A program made the position numbers and the translations under genes. 64,000 nucleotides of DNA from a bacterium. GTDB taxonomy: Bacteria; Bacteroidota; Bacteroidia; Bacteroidales; UBA1402. Positions 29,995 through 40,009 of the stretch are shown here, one piece after another. The stretch is from assembly GCA_963617485.1 (NCBI GenBank), contig CAVEPA010000002.1:21620-85619 (forward strand). Reading direction: 5' to 3'. Position 1 is the first letter of the stretch; each line of letters begins with the position of its first letter. Below the pieces are notes generated by a model that worked only from the letters and a program-made list of their open reading frames with translations, ran no database searches and was not told the origin of the DNA.

Positions 29995-31449
29995 TTATCC
30001 AACACTACCTTCCAGAGAAACGCTCAGCAATTTCTGTGCCTCCACGGCAAATTCCATGGGCAATTTATTGAGCACCTCCTTGGCATATCCGTTAACAATC
30101 AGCTCGACAGCCTCTTCGGTGGAAAGGCCGCGTTGCTGACAATAGAACAATTGTTCCTGATTTATTTTCGAAGTGGTGGCTTCGTGTTCCACCACCGCCG
30201 TATTGTTGTTGATGTCGATGTAAGGGAATGTGTGCGCACCGCAGGTATCGCCCATCAACAGACTGTCGCACTGGGAATGGTTGCGCGCATTGTGAGCCGA
30301 GGGTGCCACACGCACCAGCCCACGGTAGCTATTCTGGCTCTTGCCCGCCGATATTCCCTTAGAAACGATGGTACTGCGGGTGTTTTTGCCCAAATGTATC
30401 ATCTTGGTACCCGTATCGGCCTGCTGGTAATTGTTGGTCACCGCCACAGAATAGAACTCGCCCACCGAGTCGTCGCCCTGCAGCACACAGGAAGGATACT
30501 TCCACGTGATGGCCGATCCCGTTTCCACTTGCGTCCACGACACCTTGGAACGATGACCTTTGCACAAACAGCGCTTGCTCACAAAATTGTAGATGCCACC
30601 ACGGCCGAATTTATCGCCGGGGAACCAGTTCTGCACCGTAGAGTACTTCACCTCGGCGCGGTCGCAGACCACAATCTCCACAATGGCCGCGTGCAGCTGG
30701 GCCTTGTCGCGAATGGGAGCAGTGCATCCCTCCAGATAGCTGACGTAACTGTCGTCGTCGGCCACAATCAGGGTTCGCTCGAACTGACCCGTGTTCATCG
30801 CATTGATGCGAAAATAAGTAGAAAGTTCCATGGGACAACGCACACCCTTGGGAATATACACGAACGAACCGTCGCTGAAAACAGCCGAGTTCAACGCTGC
30901 AAAGAAGTTGTCGCGATAAGGCACCACGCTGCCCAAATACTGGCGCACCAAATCGGGATATTCCCTCACGGCCTCCGAAATGGAGCAGAAGATGATGCCC
31001 AGTTCGGCCAGATTCTCTTTGTATGTGGTCTTGACCGACACGCTGTCCATCACGGCATCGACGGCCGTACCGCCGCTCAAGAGATGCTCGCGTTCCTCAA
31101 GGGGAATGCCCAGCTTGTCGAAAGTTTTCAGCAGTTCAGGGTCGATGCCCTCTTTGTTATCATCTTGCTGCGTCTTGGGAGCGGCAAAATAGATAATATC
31201 CTGATAATCAATTTCCGGAATCTTCAGCTGCGCCCAAGTGGGCATGGTCAGACCCTGCCAATAGCGGAAGGCTTTCAGGCGGAACTCCAACAGCCATTCG
31301 GGTTCTTGCTTCTTGGCCGAAATATAGCGGATGATGTCCTCGTTCAGACCACGGGGCACCACTTCCGTTTCGATGTCGGTTACAAATCCGTGTTTGTATT
31401 CCCCGCTCGTAACTTCGTCTATAATATGCTGATCCGTAGACTTTTCCAT
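29995..31449 (-). CDS. sufB: Fe-S cluster assembly protein SufB
   Basis: ~484 aa with strong SufB-like sequence throughout. The first ATG is at 31449; the track start at 31458 is a TTG. Confidence 0.95.
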   Translation of the reverse strand: MEKSTDQHIIDEVTSGEYKHGFVTDIETEVVPRGLNEDIIRYISAKKQEPEWLLEFRLKAFRYWQGLTMPTWAQLKIPEIDYQDIIYFAAPKTQQDDNKEGIDPELLKTFDKLGIPLEEREHLLSGGTAVDAVMDSVSVKTTYKENLAELGIIFCSISEAVREYPDLVRQYLGSVVPYRDNFFAALNSAVFSDGSFVYIPKGVRCPMELSTYFRINAMNTGQFERTLIVADDDSYVSYLEGCTAPIRDKAQLHAAIVEIVVCDRAEVKYSTVQNWFPGDKFGRGGIYNFVSKRCLCKGHRSKVSWTQVETGSAITWKYPSCVLQGDDSVGEFYSVAVTNNYQQADTGTKMIHLGKNTRSTIVSKGISAGKSQNSYRGLVRVAPSAHNARNHSQCDSLLMGDTCGAHTFPYIDINNNTAVVEHEATTSKINQEQLFYCQQRGLSTEEAVELIVNGYAKEVLNKLPMEFAVEAQKLLSVSLEGSVG

Positions 31450-31454
31450 ATGGT

Positions 31455-31994
31455 TCAAATTTGTTGTTTCCGGCCGTCGACCGCCTTTTCGATACTGAAG
31501 TTGTCCTCGTAAAGATTCTTCAGTTCGGGAATGAAGGTCGGTGCCATATCTAGAACAGGCTTGTAAAGCGTAGAGCTCTGGATTACTTTATCGGGAATGA
31601 GCAAGTGCTTCTTGTCGGCAAACTCATAGATATTCAACACGATACTCATGATAAAAGCCGCAATGAGCACCGAAAGCACGGCACCGAACAAGCGGTTCAC
31701 CCAGCCCAAAAGCAAGGTCTTCACCAGCTTTTCCACCAGCCAGGCCAGCAAGGAAACCAGCAAATCCGCCCCTACAAAGACGAGGGCAAAAGCGATGATA
31801 TACACCACCTTGTCGTCCATTTCGGTCCAGTATCCGCCCAGCGTCACAGCCAGGTCTGGAGCATACCTGCGTGCAGCCGCCAAACCAGCCACCAAGGCAA
31901 TCACTCCGCCCACCGCGCTTATCAGTCCCTTGCGCCAACCGGAAATAAAGGCCAGCAGCGCAATTATCACCAGAACAATGTCTATCACATTCAT
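31455..31994 (-). CDS. cvpA: CvpA-family membrane protein
   Basis: 179 aa with four hydrophobic helices; N-terminus [25 protein letters not shown] is typical of CvpA. Confidence 0.8.
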   Translation of the reverse strand: MNVIDIVLVIIALLAFISGWRKGLISAVGGVIALVAGLAAARRYAPDLAVTLGGYWTEMDDKVVYIIAFALVFVGADLLVSLLAWLVEKLVKTLLLGWVNRLFGAVLSVLIAAFIMSIVLNIYEFADKKHLLIPDKVIQSSTLYKPVLDMAPTFIPELKNLYEDNFSIEKAVDGRKQQI

Positions 31995-31997
31995 CCC

Positions 31998-34967
31998 TTA
32001 CAGGCTTTGCTTTACTTCGTGTTCTTCGAACGATTCAATGTAGTCGCCAACTTTGATGTCGTTGTAGCCCACAATGCTCATACCGCATTCGAAACCGACG
32101 GTAACTTCCTTGGCATCGTCCTTGAAACGCTTCAAGGCAGCCATCTCGCCCGTGTAGATAACAATACCGTCGCGGATAAGGCGCACCTTGGTGCCACGCT
32201 TTACCTTGCCGTCCTTCACCATACAGCCGGCAACGGTGCCCACCTTCGAAATCTTGAAGATTTCGCGCACCTCGGCCGAACCCAGAATTTCTTCTTTGAT
32301 GACAGGCGAAAGCATACCCTCCATGGCCGCCTTCACTTCTTCGATGGCATCGTAGATAACCGAGTACAGACGAATGTCGACACCTTCCTTCTCGGCATTG
32401 CGTCGGGCAGGGATAGAAGGACGCACTTGGAAACCGATGATAATGGCATCTGAAGCCGAAGCCAGGGTAACATCCGATTCTGAAATCTGGCCCACACCCT
32501 TGTGGATGACATTCACCTTGATATGTTCGGTGCTCAGCTTGATGAGAGAGTCTTGCAAAGCCTCGGCAGAACCATCCACATCGGCCTTGACGATAAGATT
32601 CAGTTCTTTGAAGTTGCCAATGGCGATGCGGCGGCCTATTTCGGCCAGCGTCAGCGTGGTGCTGGTACGCAGACCTTGTTCGCGCTGCAACTGCTCACGC
32701 TTGGAGGCGATTTCGCGGGCTTCCTGTTCGGTTTCCATCACGTTGAAGTTATCGCCGGCCTGGGGCGCACCGTTCAGACCAAGCACCAGAGCGGGCTGGC
32801 CCGGCGTGGCCTTCTGCATTTTCTGTCCACGCTCGTTGAACATAGCCTTGATACGTCCGAAATACGGACCGGCCACCATGATATCACCCACGTGCAAGGT
32901 ACCATTCTGAACCAAGACCGTAGCCACATATCCGCGGCCCTTGTCCAAAGACGATTCGATAATGCAACCCAGCGCACGTTTGTTGGGATTGGCCTTCAGG
33001 TCGAGCATTTCAGCTTCGAGCAATACCTTGTCGAGTAGTTCGGCCACATGCAATCCCGTCTTGGCCGAAATATCCTGCGACTGGTACTTGCCGCCCCAAT
33101 CTTCCACCAGATAATTCATCTCGGCCAACTGCTGCTTGATATGCTCGGGATTAGCGGAAGGCTTGTCTATCTTATTGATGGCGAAGACAATAGGCACACC
33201 GGCGATAGATGCGTGTGAAATAGCCTCCTTGGTCTGGGGCATCACGTCATCGTCGGCAGCCACAATAATGATGGCAATATCGGTCATCTTGGCACCACGG
33301 GCACGCATGGCGGTAAAAGCCTCGTGACCAGGCGTATCGAGGAAGGTGATTTCACGTCCGTCGTCCAAAGTAACGCTGTAGGCACCGATGTGCTGCGTAA
33401 TACCGCCGGCTTCACCGGCAATGACGTTGGTGTTGCGGATATAGTCGAGCAGCGAAGTCTTACCGTGGTCTACGTGACCCATCACCGTAATGATAGGCGG
33501 ACGCGGAACCAAATCTTCTTCCTTGTCTTCTTCCACATGGATGGCCTGCAGCACTTCGGCACTCACATATTCGGTGGTGAAGCCGAATTCGTCGGCCACG
33601 ATGTTGATGGTTTCAGCATCGAGACGTTGGTTGATGGATACCATCTGGCCCATTTCCATACACTTGGAGATAACCTGCACGGCACTCACATTCATCATCG
33701 TAGCCAAGTCGTTTACCGTAACGAACTCGGTAAGCTTGATAATACGCGATTCGCGCGATTCCTGCTCCTGCTGGTCGTGCATACGCTGCGAGGCAGCCTG
33801 ACGCTTGTCTTTGCGGTACTGTACGCCCTTCTTGGGCTTGGCACTCAGACGGGCCAGCGTTTCCTTCACCTGCTTGGAAACATCCTCTTCGTTGAAGTCG
33901 GGCTTACCGCCAAACTTGTTGTTCTTATTGTTTTTGTTGTGCTGGTCCTTGGAATGGAAGTTGCCTTGTCCACCCTGATTGCCCTGATTATTGTAGTCGG
34001 AAGCCTCTACTCGCACCTTGCCATCGCGAATGCGGTTGCGCTTCTTCTTGTTCTGGGCATCGCCAGCTTGCTGGGCATGCGCTTCGTGAGCAGCGTGGTC
34101 GGTTTGGTTGGCGGTATGGTCGGCAGCTTTCTGCTTGTTGGCGGCAGCCTGTTGCTGACGGCGCTCTTCCTGCTCCTTCTGACGCTCGGCCTTGGTCTTC
34201 TTCTTGGGCCGCGTAAACTGGTTGATAGAATCCAAATCGATGGTAGACAGCACTTTCAGACCTGGCACCTTTTCTACACCCAACTTGAAAACCTCATCGT
34301 GGTGCTTGGCCTCAGCTTCTGTCTGAGGTTCAGCGGCGGGCTGCTCGGGAGCGGCGGGTTCTTCGGTTTTCTCAACAATGGTCGGTTTTTCGGCAGGGGT
34401 CGGCTCAACCACGGGCTCAACCACAGGTTCTGCCTTGGGTTCAACAGCCACAGGTTCCGGTTTTACTGCCGGTTCCGGCTCGGCCAAAGGCTTTTCAACA
34501 GACACAGGCTGCTCCTCTGGCTTTTCCTCGGCTTTCACCGGCTGTTCCTTTGGTTGTTCCACGGGTTTCTCCACCGGCTTCTCTTCCACTGCCGGAGCTG
34601 CGGGCGTTTCCTGTTCCTTCTTGGGCTGGCCCACCGTATTCAAATCTATCTTGCCCAAAGGTTTATACTGCTGACGCTCGAAGGGTTGCTCCTCCTTTTT
34701 GGCAGCGGCGGGCTTTTCGGCTGCAACTTCCGGCTTGGCAGCAGCTACGGGCTCGTCCTTGGGAGCCGGAGCCTCGGCCTTCTTGGTGGGCATTTCGCCG
34801 TGTCCGAATTTCTTCCACAGAATGGCATAGGCTTCGTCCGACACCTTTACATTGGGATCGTTCTCCACTTCGATACCTTCCTTGCGCAGATATTCCACCA
34901 AGGAAGACAAACCTACTTGTTGTACTTGCTGTACTTCTTTTAATATCTTACTTAATCTTACGGGCAT
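31998..34967 (-). CDS. infB: Translation initiation factor IF-2
   Basis: G-domain motifs [20 protein letters not shown] and NKID; low-complexity P/E/A/K-rich N-terminal region; sits downstream of nusA. Confidence 0.97.
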   Translation of the reverse strand: MPVRLSKILKEVQQVQQVGLSSLVEYLRKEGIEVENDPNVKVSDEAYAILWKKFGHGEMPTKKAEAPAPKDEPVAAAKPEVAAEKPAAAKKEEQPFERQQYKPLGKIDLNTVGQPKKEQETPAAPAVEEKPVEKPVEQPKEQPVKAEEKPEEQPVSVEKPLAEPEPAVKPEPVAVEPKAEPVVEPVVEPTPAEKPTIVEKTEEPAAPEQPAAEPQTEAEAKHHDEVFKLGVEKVPGLKVLSTIDLDSINQFTRPKKKTKAERQKEQEERRQQQAAANKQKAADHTANQTDHAAHEAHAQQAGDAQNKKKRNRIRDGKVRVEASDYNNQGNQGGQGNFHSKDQHNKNNKNNKFGGKPDFNEEDVSKQVKETLARLSAKPKKGVQYRKDKRQAASQRMHDQQEQESRESRIIKLTEFVTVNDLATMMNVSAVQVISKCMEMGQMVSINQRLDAETINIVADEFGFTTEYVSAEVLQAIHVEEDKEEDLVPRPPIITVMGHVDHGKTSLLDYIRNTNVIAGEAGGITQHIGAYSVTLDDGREITFLDTPGHEAFTAMRARGAKMTDIAIIIVAADDDVMPQTKEAISHASIAGVPIVFAINKIDKPSANPEHIKQQLAEMNYLVEDWGGKYQSQDISAKTGLHVAELLDKVLLEAEMLDLKANPNKRALGCIIESSLDKGRGYVATVLVQNGTLHVGDIMVAGPYFGRIKAMFNERGQKMQKATPGQPALVLGLNGAPQAGDNFNVMETEQEAREIASKREQLQREQGLRTSTTLTLAEIGRRIAIGNFKELNLIVKADVDGSAEALQDSLIKLSTEHIKVNVIHKGVGQISESDVTLASASDAIIIGFQVRPSIPARRNAEKEGVDIRLYSVIYDAIEEVKAAMEGMLSPVIKEEILGSAEVREIFKISKVGTVAGCMVKDGKVKRGTKVRLIRDGIVIYTGEMAALKRFKDDAKEVTVGFECGMSIVGYNDIKVGDYIESFEEHEVKQSL

Positions 34968-34972
34968 AAATT

Positions 34973-36241
34973 TTAATTTTCTGTTTCGTCAAACTCGGCT
35001 TTCAAAATAGCAAGGACATCGTCCACAGTAGACTCTTCGAGGTCGGCTTTTTCAATCAGCGTCTCGCGAGGAATGGCCAGCACGTCACGGGCAGTATCGC
35101 AACCGATAGACTTCAGGGCATTGATTACCCATTCATCGATTTCATCTTTGAACTCATCCAGGAAGATATCGTCGTCCTCGTCCGTTTCGCGGAATACATC
35201 CAACTGATAGCCGGTAAGCATACTTGCCAGCTTGATATTGTTACCGTTCTTGCCGATAGCCAGGGAAACTTCTTCGGGTTTCAACCAAACGGAAGCCTGC
35301 TTGTTCTCTTCGTCCAGGCGGATAGAAGAAATCTTGGCGGGGCTGAGCGCACGCTGGATATACAAACGGATATTGGGCGTATAGTTGATAACATCGATGT
35401 TTTCGTTACGCAACTCGCGGACGATGCCGTGGATACGCGAACCCTTCACACCTACGCAAGCGCCCACCGGGTCGATACGGTCGTCGTAAGACTCAACGGC
35501 AATCTTGGCTCTTTCGCCAGGAATGCGGGCCACACCCTTGATGTTGATAAGGCCGTCGTGGATTTCGGGCACCTCCAATTCGAAGAGTCTTTCCAGGAAA
35601 GCGGGAGAAGTACGCGAAAGGATGATTTTCGGGTTGTTGTTCTTGTTGTCGACACGTTCGATGACGGCACGCACTGTTTCGCCTTTGCGGTAAAAATCGC
35701 TGGGAATCTGCTCCTGCTTGGGCAAGAGCATTTCGTTGTTTTCGTCATCAAGCAAAAGAATTTCCTTTTTCCAGATTTGATAAACTTCGGCACTCACCAG
35801 TTGGCCCACCATCTCGCTGAAACGCGCATAGAGGTTTTCCTTCTGCAGCTCCATAATGCGCGACGCCAAGGTCTGACGCAAGTTCAAGATGGCGCGACGG
35901 CCGAACTCGCTGAAATGAATCTTCTTGGTCACTTCCTCGCCCACCTCGAAGTCTTCGTCAATCTGACGGGCCTCGCTAAGAGGAATCTGCAACTGTGCAT
36001 CGGTCAGGTCTTCGTCGGCAACTACCACGCGGTTGTGCCAAATTTCAAAGTCGCCGTTATCGGGGTTGATAATAACGTCGTACTGTTCGTCGGTGCCATA
36101 CATCTTGGCAATCACATTGCGGAAAGAATCCACGATCACATTAATCATCGTGCTGCGATCGATGTTTTTCGATTCCTTGAAATCGGAGAAAATCTCAATC
36201 AGGTTGATTTTCTCCTCGGTGGGAGTTGTTTTCTTAGCCAT
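34973..36241 (-). CDS. nusA: Transcription termination/antitermination factor NusA
   Basis: 422 aa with the NusA N-terminal, S1 and KH layout by eye, in the rimP-nusA-infB order. Confidence 0.95.
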   Translation of the reverse strand: MAKKTTPTEEKINLIEIFSDFKESKNIDRSTMINVIVDSFRNVIAKMYGTDEQYDVIINPDNGDFEIWHNRVVVADEDLTDAQLQIPLSEARQIDEDFEVGEEVTKKIHFSEFGRRAILNLRQTLASRIMELQKENLYARFSEMVGQLVSAEVYQIWKKEILLLDDENNEMLLPKQEQIPSDFYRKGETVRAVIERVDNKNNNPKIILSRTSPAFLERLFELEVPEIHDGLINIKGVARIPGERAKIAVESYDDRIDPVGACVGVKGSRIHGIVRELRNENIDVINYTPNIRLYIQRALSPAKISSIRLDEENKQASVWLKPEEVSLAIGKNGNNIKLASMLTGYQLDVFRETDEDDDIFLDEFKDEIDEWVINALKSIGCDTARDVLAIPRETLIEKADLEESTVDDVLAILKAEFDETEN

Positions 36242-36299
36242 TCCTTCTAGTTATTTTTTAATTGTTATTGATTTTTCCTTTTTGATTCTTGTACGGCCG

Positions 36300-36764
36300 T
36301 CAGAACTCGATGTACTGCGCCACCGATTTGGCCTCGCTGTAAGGATAAGTTTCTTCGACCACTTTCTGCACCGGACGTTTGGAGCCTTCTTCCTTAACCT
36401 TGCGCAACACATTCACGCAAAAGCTCTCGTCGCCGGCACTTTGCAGCACGCCTATGAATTTCTGTCCGTTTTTCAGGCGCACTTCTACATCGTTGCCTAT
36501 ATGCTTGAGCCACTGAGCCTTTACCTTGAATGGCTGGCCTATACCGGCCGACGACACTTCGAGCGAATAGTCTTCCTGTTCGCGGTCGAATTGCGTTTCG
36601 AAAAAGTTGCTCAAGTCGGAGCAATCGTCGATGTTTACCGAGCCCTTGTACGACTCGAATTCGATGGCTACCACATTGTCGGACGATACGGTGCAGTCTA
36701 CCAAAAAGAACCCGCGTTCTTCCAACCAAGGGCCAACCACCTGATTTACAGTATCTTTGTTCAT
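36300..36764 (-). CDS. rimP: Ribosome maturation factor RimP
   Basis: 154 aa immediately upstream of nusA; N-terminus ...VVGPWLEERGFFLVDCTV is typical of RimP. Confidence 0.9.
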   Translation of the reverse strand: MNKDTVNQVVGPWLEERGFFLVDCTVSSDNVVAIEFESYKGSVNIDDCSDLSNFFETQFDREQEDYSLEVSSAGIGQPFKVKAQWLKHIGNDVEVRLKNGQKFIGVLQSAGDESFCVNVLRKVKEEGSKRPVQKVVEETYPYSEAKSVAQYIEF

Positions 36765-36829
36765 AATTATCGGGTATTATTAAAAGCGAAAGGAAGACCA
36801 ACGGGGCCCTCCTTCTGCATCATCGGCGG

Positions 36830-36837
36830 CAAAAGTA
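36830..36837 (-). promoter_or_regulatory. Candidate -7 promoter box (TActTTTG) for rimP-nusA-infB
   Basis: TAnnTTTG on the minus strand, 65 nt upstream of ATG 36764. Confidence 0.4.
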
Positions 36838-36878
36838 CACAGTATCAAGCAATTTGCCAAATTTTCTGCATGGAAATT

Positions 36879-37988
36879 CTATCTGCTCCGCTCGATGTTG
36901 TTTCCATCCAGCACTTCGCGAATCTGGGAGATGATGCCCGAGGCTTGCCGTTTTGTTAAGCCCGCATCGGAGGCTACGGCCAGAAAATCGTCTATGTCAG
37001 GACGTTCCTTGCCATTAACAATCGATGCATGGATACCGTTATTTGCATTGCGGCACTCAGTGATGTCGTAGGCGGGCGCTATGCTCCATTTCGATCCGTC
37101 ACAGATGAAGGAGAAATTCTTCGCATGGTCATCGTTGTTACCTATTTCGTAGTTGAAAATCATCCTGCGATACATTTCCTGCGCTTGCGACATATCTTTG
37201 GTCAGATGAGCGGTGAACCTTATCAGTTTCCGATAGTCCATCATCGGGAGACGAATCGATTCTCCAAGCAACGCAGCTGCTGTAGCTACGTGAAGTCTTT
37301 TGCCGTCCAATGTCAGGTCGAATCGTCTAGTACCAAGATATTTTCCGTTGAACAGTTTGCAGTCGGGTATTCTTATGCCGCACATCTTGGCCTTTTGAAG
37401 TATGTCGTACTCGCGCATTCCCATGTCCAGAGGATCGTAATAATGTCTGAATTTGACCAACCACGAGCCGTTTTCGTCCTTCCACAAGCATTTAGGACGA
37501 CATCCTCCGGAATTTCCGCTCATGATGTAGAGGTTTCCGGCACTCGAAAAGTCTTTTTCCGTCAACACAGCCAAGGCATCCTTCTGTATCTGGTCCAAAG
37601 TGGCAGATTCCTGCTTTTCGTCGACAACAACCTGCGGAACATACACCAAAGCCCCCATTCCATTTTCTCCTACCAAAGAAAGCCGCTCTACCGGAGTCAT
37701 CTCTAGGAGTGAAAGTCCATACTTTTGCAGCAACTTATTCAGAAGATAACTACCATATCCATCGGGCATACTATCTTCGAAAATTCCGAAGTTGCCGTAA
37801 AAGCAGTTTGTTTTCGGCACCAAGAGTTCATCGGTTAGGGGCAACTCCAAGGGAGAAATAGAAAATCCTGTTGCCAACCAACGCTGGTTGTACTGGAACA
37901 CGCAACTATGGTTATCAGGAGTCATGGACAGCGTCCCAACTGCCTCGTTGTGATATAATACCGTCAATGATTTTGGCAATCGTATCAT
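36879..37988 (-). CDS. hipA: HipA-family Ser/Thr kinase toxin (type II TA)
   Basis: 369 aa; kinase catalytic loop IGNNDDHAKNFSFI; 4-nt ATGA overlap with the upstream HTH gene. Confidence 0.8.
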   Translation of the reverse strand: MIRLPKSLTVLYHNEAVGTLSMTPDNHSCVFQYNQRWLATGFSISPLELPLTDELLVPKTNCFYGNFGIFEDSMPDGYGSYLLNKLLQKYGLSLLEMTPVERLSLVGENGMGALVYVPQVVVDEKQESATLDQIQKDALAVLTEKDFSSAGNLYIMSGNSGGCRPKCLWKDENGSWLVKFRHYYDPLDMGMREYDILQKAKMCGIRIPDCKLFNGKYLGTRRFDLTLDGKRLHVATAAALLGESIRLPMMDYRKLIRFTAHLTKDMSQAQEMYRRMIFNYEIGNNDDHAKNFSFICDGSKWSIAPAYDITECRNANNGIHASIVNGKERPDIDDFLAVASDAGLTKRQASGIISQIREVLDGNNIERSR

Positions 37989-38302
37989 ATTTTTCTCACT
38001 CCTCGTTTGCGATTGGCGTTCTTTTTAATGGATTCCATTTCTCTGAGCGTACTATATTTGGGCTCGTTGAACATTCTCTCCAACTCTTCGGTATAACCTA
38101 GCGCCATGGCTATTTTCACGAAAGATTCGAGCGAAACCTTCGATGTCAGTTCAAAACGGGCGATGCTTGCCTTAGGCACACCCGTCAACGATTGCAAGTC
38201 TGCTCTGGTCAGACCCTTTTCGAGCCTACGCTTCTTGAGCCGTTCCGACAAGATTTTCATCACCTCTTCTGGTGTGGTCAGCACAAAGTCTGATTCAAAC
38301 AT
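37985..38302 (-). CDS. XRE-family HTH protein (HipB-like antitoxin)
   Basis: HTH region GLTRADLQSLTGVPKASIARFE. ATG 38302 is preferred because a -7 box overlaps the longer track start at 38338. Confidence 0.7.
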   Translation of the reverse strand: MFESDFVLTTPEEVMKILSERLKKRRLEKGLTRADLQSLTGVPKASIARFELTSKVSLESFVKIAMALGYTEELERMFNEPKYSTLREMESIKKNANRKRGVRKI

Positions 38303-38335
38303 AACGACTAAAATTTTATCTCTTATAATCGAAAG

Positions 38336-38343
38336 CAAAGATA
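38336..38343 (-). promoter_or_regulatory. Candidate -7 promoter box (TAtcTTTG) for the hipB-hipA-like operon
   Basis: TAnnTTTG on the minus strand, 33 nt upstream of ATG 38302. Confidence 0.4.
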
Positions 38344-38400
38344 AGAAATAATATTTAAGTCTCTATAAAAAGTAGCGCTGCAAACTTCCGAGTCAGCTCG

Positions 38401-38487
38401 ATGTTGGAAAAGTTGCAGAAAAACCACTATTTCATGTTGGAAAAGTTGCAGAAACATGCTATTTTTGCAATGAAAAAGTTGCAAATA
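38401..38487 (+). repeat. Direct repeats (iterons): 2 perfect 21-nt copies and 1 degenerate copy
   Basis: atgttggaaaagttgcagaaa occurs at 38401-38421 and 38434-38454 (33-nt phasing). A degenerate copy aatgaaaaagttgcaaata is at 38469-38487. The repeats bracket the ATPase -7 box. Confidence 0.85.
38460..38467 (+). promoter_or_regulatory. Candidate -7 promoter box (TAttTTTG) for the AAA ATPase gene
   Basis: TAnnTTTG 21 nt upstream of ATG 38489. Confidence 0.4.
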
Positions 38488-38488
38488 T

Positions 38489-39850
38489 ATGCTTAAACGA
38501 CAGATAGACAACGTAATAGAGTCGCATTTTGCCTCCCATCAAAAAGCCTTGTTGCTTACAGGCGCAAGGCAAGTAGGAAAAACCTATGCCATAAGGGAAT
38601 ATGCACGACGGCATAGCCTTAACCTCGTCGAGTTAAACTTTCTTCTTCAGCCGGAAGCCATCTCCATCATTAAGGGCGCAGGCGATACGAAAGATTTGTT
38701 GCTTAGAATCTCCGCCTCCACCAGCACCAAGCTTGAGCCAGGCAAAACGCTGATTTTCTTTGATGAAATACAAGAATACGCCGATGTTATGACTTGGGTA
38801 AAAGGACTTGTTGACGAGGGCAGTTACAGCTACGCCCTCAGCGGATCTCTTCTCGGCATTGAAATGAGGAATATCCGTTCCTTGCCTGTCGGCTATATGT
38901 CCGAATATCAGGTTTTCCCGCTGGATTTCGAAGAATTTGTCCTAGCCGTCGGCCTGTCCGAAAATGTTATTGACTCCTTGCGAAAAGCTTGGGAAAACAA
39001 ATCTCCCGTGGACGACTTCATCCACCGGAAAATGATGCAACTCTTCCATCTATATTTGGTTATCGGCGGAATGCCTGCCGCGGTTCAAGCTTATGTGGAC
39101 ACCAACAATCTCCAAAACGTTGTCAAAGAACAGCGCGATATTCTCAACTTATACAAACTGGACATCTCCCGTTACGACAAGGATGAGCGCAAGAAGCTAT
39201 ATATCAACGAGGTTTTCGATATCATTCCATCCGAACTCAACGCCAAGAACAAACGTTTCATATTGAAACGCCTCAACGAACACATGAGTTTCAGCCGTCA
39301 CGAAAACGACTTTATCTGGCTTAAGGATGCCGATATGGCTCTGCCTACTTACAATGTTGAAGAACCGGTCTACCCACTGAAACTAAACGAACAAAGAAAT
39401 CTTTTCAAACTGTTCCAAAACGATGTCGGACTGCTGACGTGCCAATATTCTTCGGGAAAGATTCAACTGAAGATTCTCAATGGAGAGGTGGATATCAACT
39501 TTGGAGCGGTATTTGAAAACGCCATCGCCCAAGAGTTCCATGCACATGGTTGGGACCTTTACTATTTCAACAGCAAGAAACAGGGAGAAATAGATTTTCT
39601 GCTGGAAACAGACAATGGAATCATTCCCGTCGAAGTGAAATCCGGAAAAGAATACCAGCGACACAATGCCTTAAACAATCTTATGTCAAACCCAGATTAC
39701 GGTTTCGCCAAAGCCTATGTTCTATGCAATGGAAATCTCCATACAGAGGGCAATATCGAATATCTGCCCGTGTATATGACAATGTTCATCCGCAAATACC
39801 AAGACCTCGGCAATCTGATTTACAAGCTAGATCTTTCTGGATTGGAATAG
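38489..39850 (+). CDS. AAA-family ATPase with a DUF4143-type C-terminal domain
   Basis: Walker A LLTGARQVGKT and Walker B LIFFDEIQE. The C-terminal GEIDFLLETDNGIIPVEVKSGKEY is the nuclease-fold-like signature of DUF4143 ATPases. Confidence 0.8.
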   Translation: MLKRQIDNVIESHFASHQKALLLTGARQVGKTYAIREYARRHSLNLVELNFLLQPEAISIIKGAGDTKDLLLRISASTSTKLEPGKTLIFFDEIQEYADVMTWVKGLVDEGSYSYALSGSLLGIEMRNIRSLPVGYMSEYQVFPLDFEEFVLAVGLSENVIDSLRKAWENKSPVDDFIHRKMMQLFHLYLVIGGMPAAVQAYVDTNNLQNVVKEQRDILNLYKLDISRYDKDERKKLYINEVFDIIPSELNAKNKRFILKRLNEHMSFSRHENDFIWLKDADMALPTYNVEEPVYPLKLNEQRNLFKLFQNDVGLLTCQYSSGKIQLKILNGEVDINFGAVFENAIAQEFHAHGWDLYYFNSKKQGEIDFLLETDNGIIPVEVKSGKEYQRHNALNNLMSNPDYGFAKAYVLCNGNLHTEGNIEYLPVYMTMFIRKYQDLGNLIYKLDLSGLE

Positions 39851-39884
39851 GCATATAAATCTGTATATTTGCATTCAGAGCAAT

Positions 39885-39906
39885 GATAACTTTTCAAAAA
39901 GTTATC
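39885..39906 (+). terminator. Small AT-rich hairpin downstream of the ATPase gene
   Basis: gataactt-ttcaaa-aagttatc: 8-bp stem, 6-nt loop, no clear T tail. Confidence 0.3.
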
Positions 39907-39923
39907 CGCACGCTCTATAAATA

Positions 39924-39953
39924 GTGGCAGCGACTCGTAAGAGTCGCTGCCAC
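39924..39953. terminator. Strong hairpin between convergent genes, likely a bidirectional terminator
   Basis: Perfect 13-bp stem gtggcagcgactc / gagtcgctgccac with a GTAA loop. On the minus strand it is followed by tatttata. Confidence 0.6.
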
Positions 39954-40009
39954 CGCGCTGTCAGAAGCTGAGTTGACCGCCGCATATTATCGGGCGGAAA
40001 GGTCCTTTA

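Noticed and set aside
29659-31512. 617-aa plus-strand ORF across the sufC/sufB region
   Set aside because: It is antisense to two genes with unmistakable SufC/SufB sequence. Its translation is low-complexity (R/H/G/V-rich) with no recognisable motifs, so it is a shadow ORF of a GC-biased coding region.
34300-34760. Repetitive P/E/A/V/K-rich coding DNA that looks like a tandem repeat
   Set aside because: It is the low-complexity N-terminal linker of IF-2, which is common in this protein, and not an independent repeat element.
36791-36816. Possible structured element (ggggcccc-centred) in the rimP leader
   Set aside because: Only ~5 bp of complementarity flank the GC palindrome, which is too weak to call.
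38401-38496. 31-codon ORF MLEKLQKNHYFMLEKLQKHAIFAMKKLQIYA created by the iterons, a possible leader peptide
   Set aside because: Its ATG lies upstream of the predicted -7 box of the ATPase gene, so it would not be on that transcript. The open frame is most simply a by-product of a 33-nt repeat period that is a multiple of 3.
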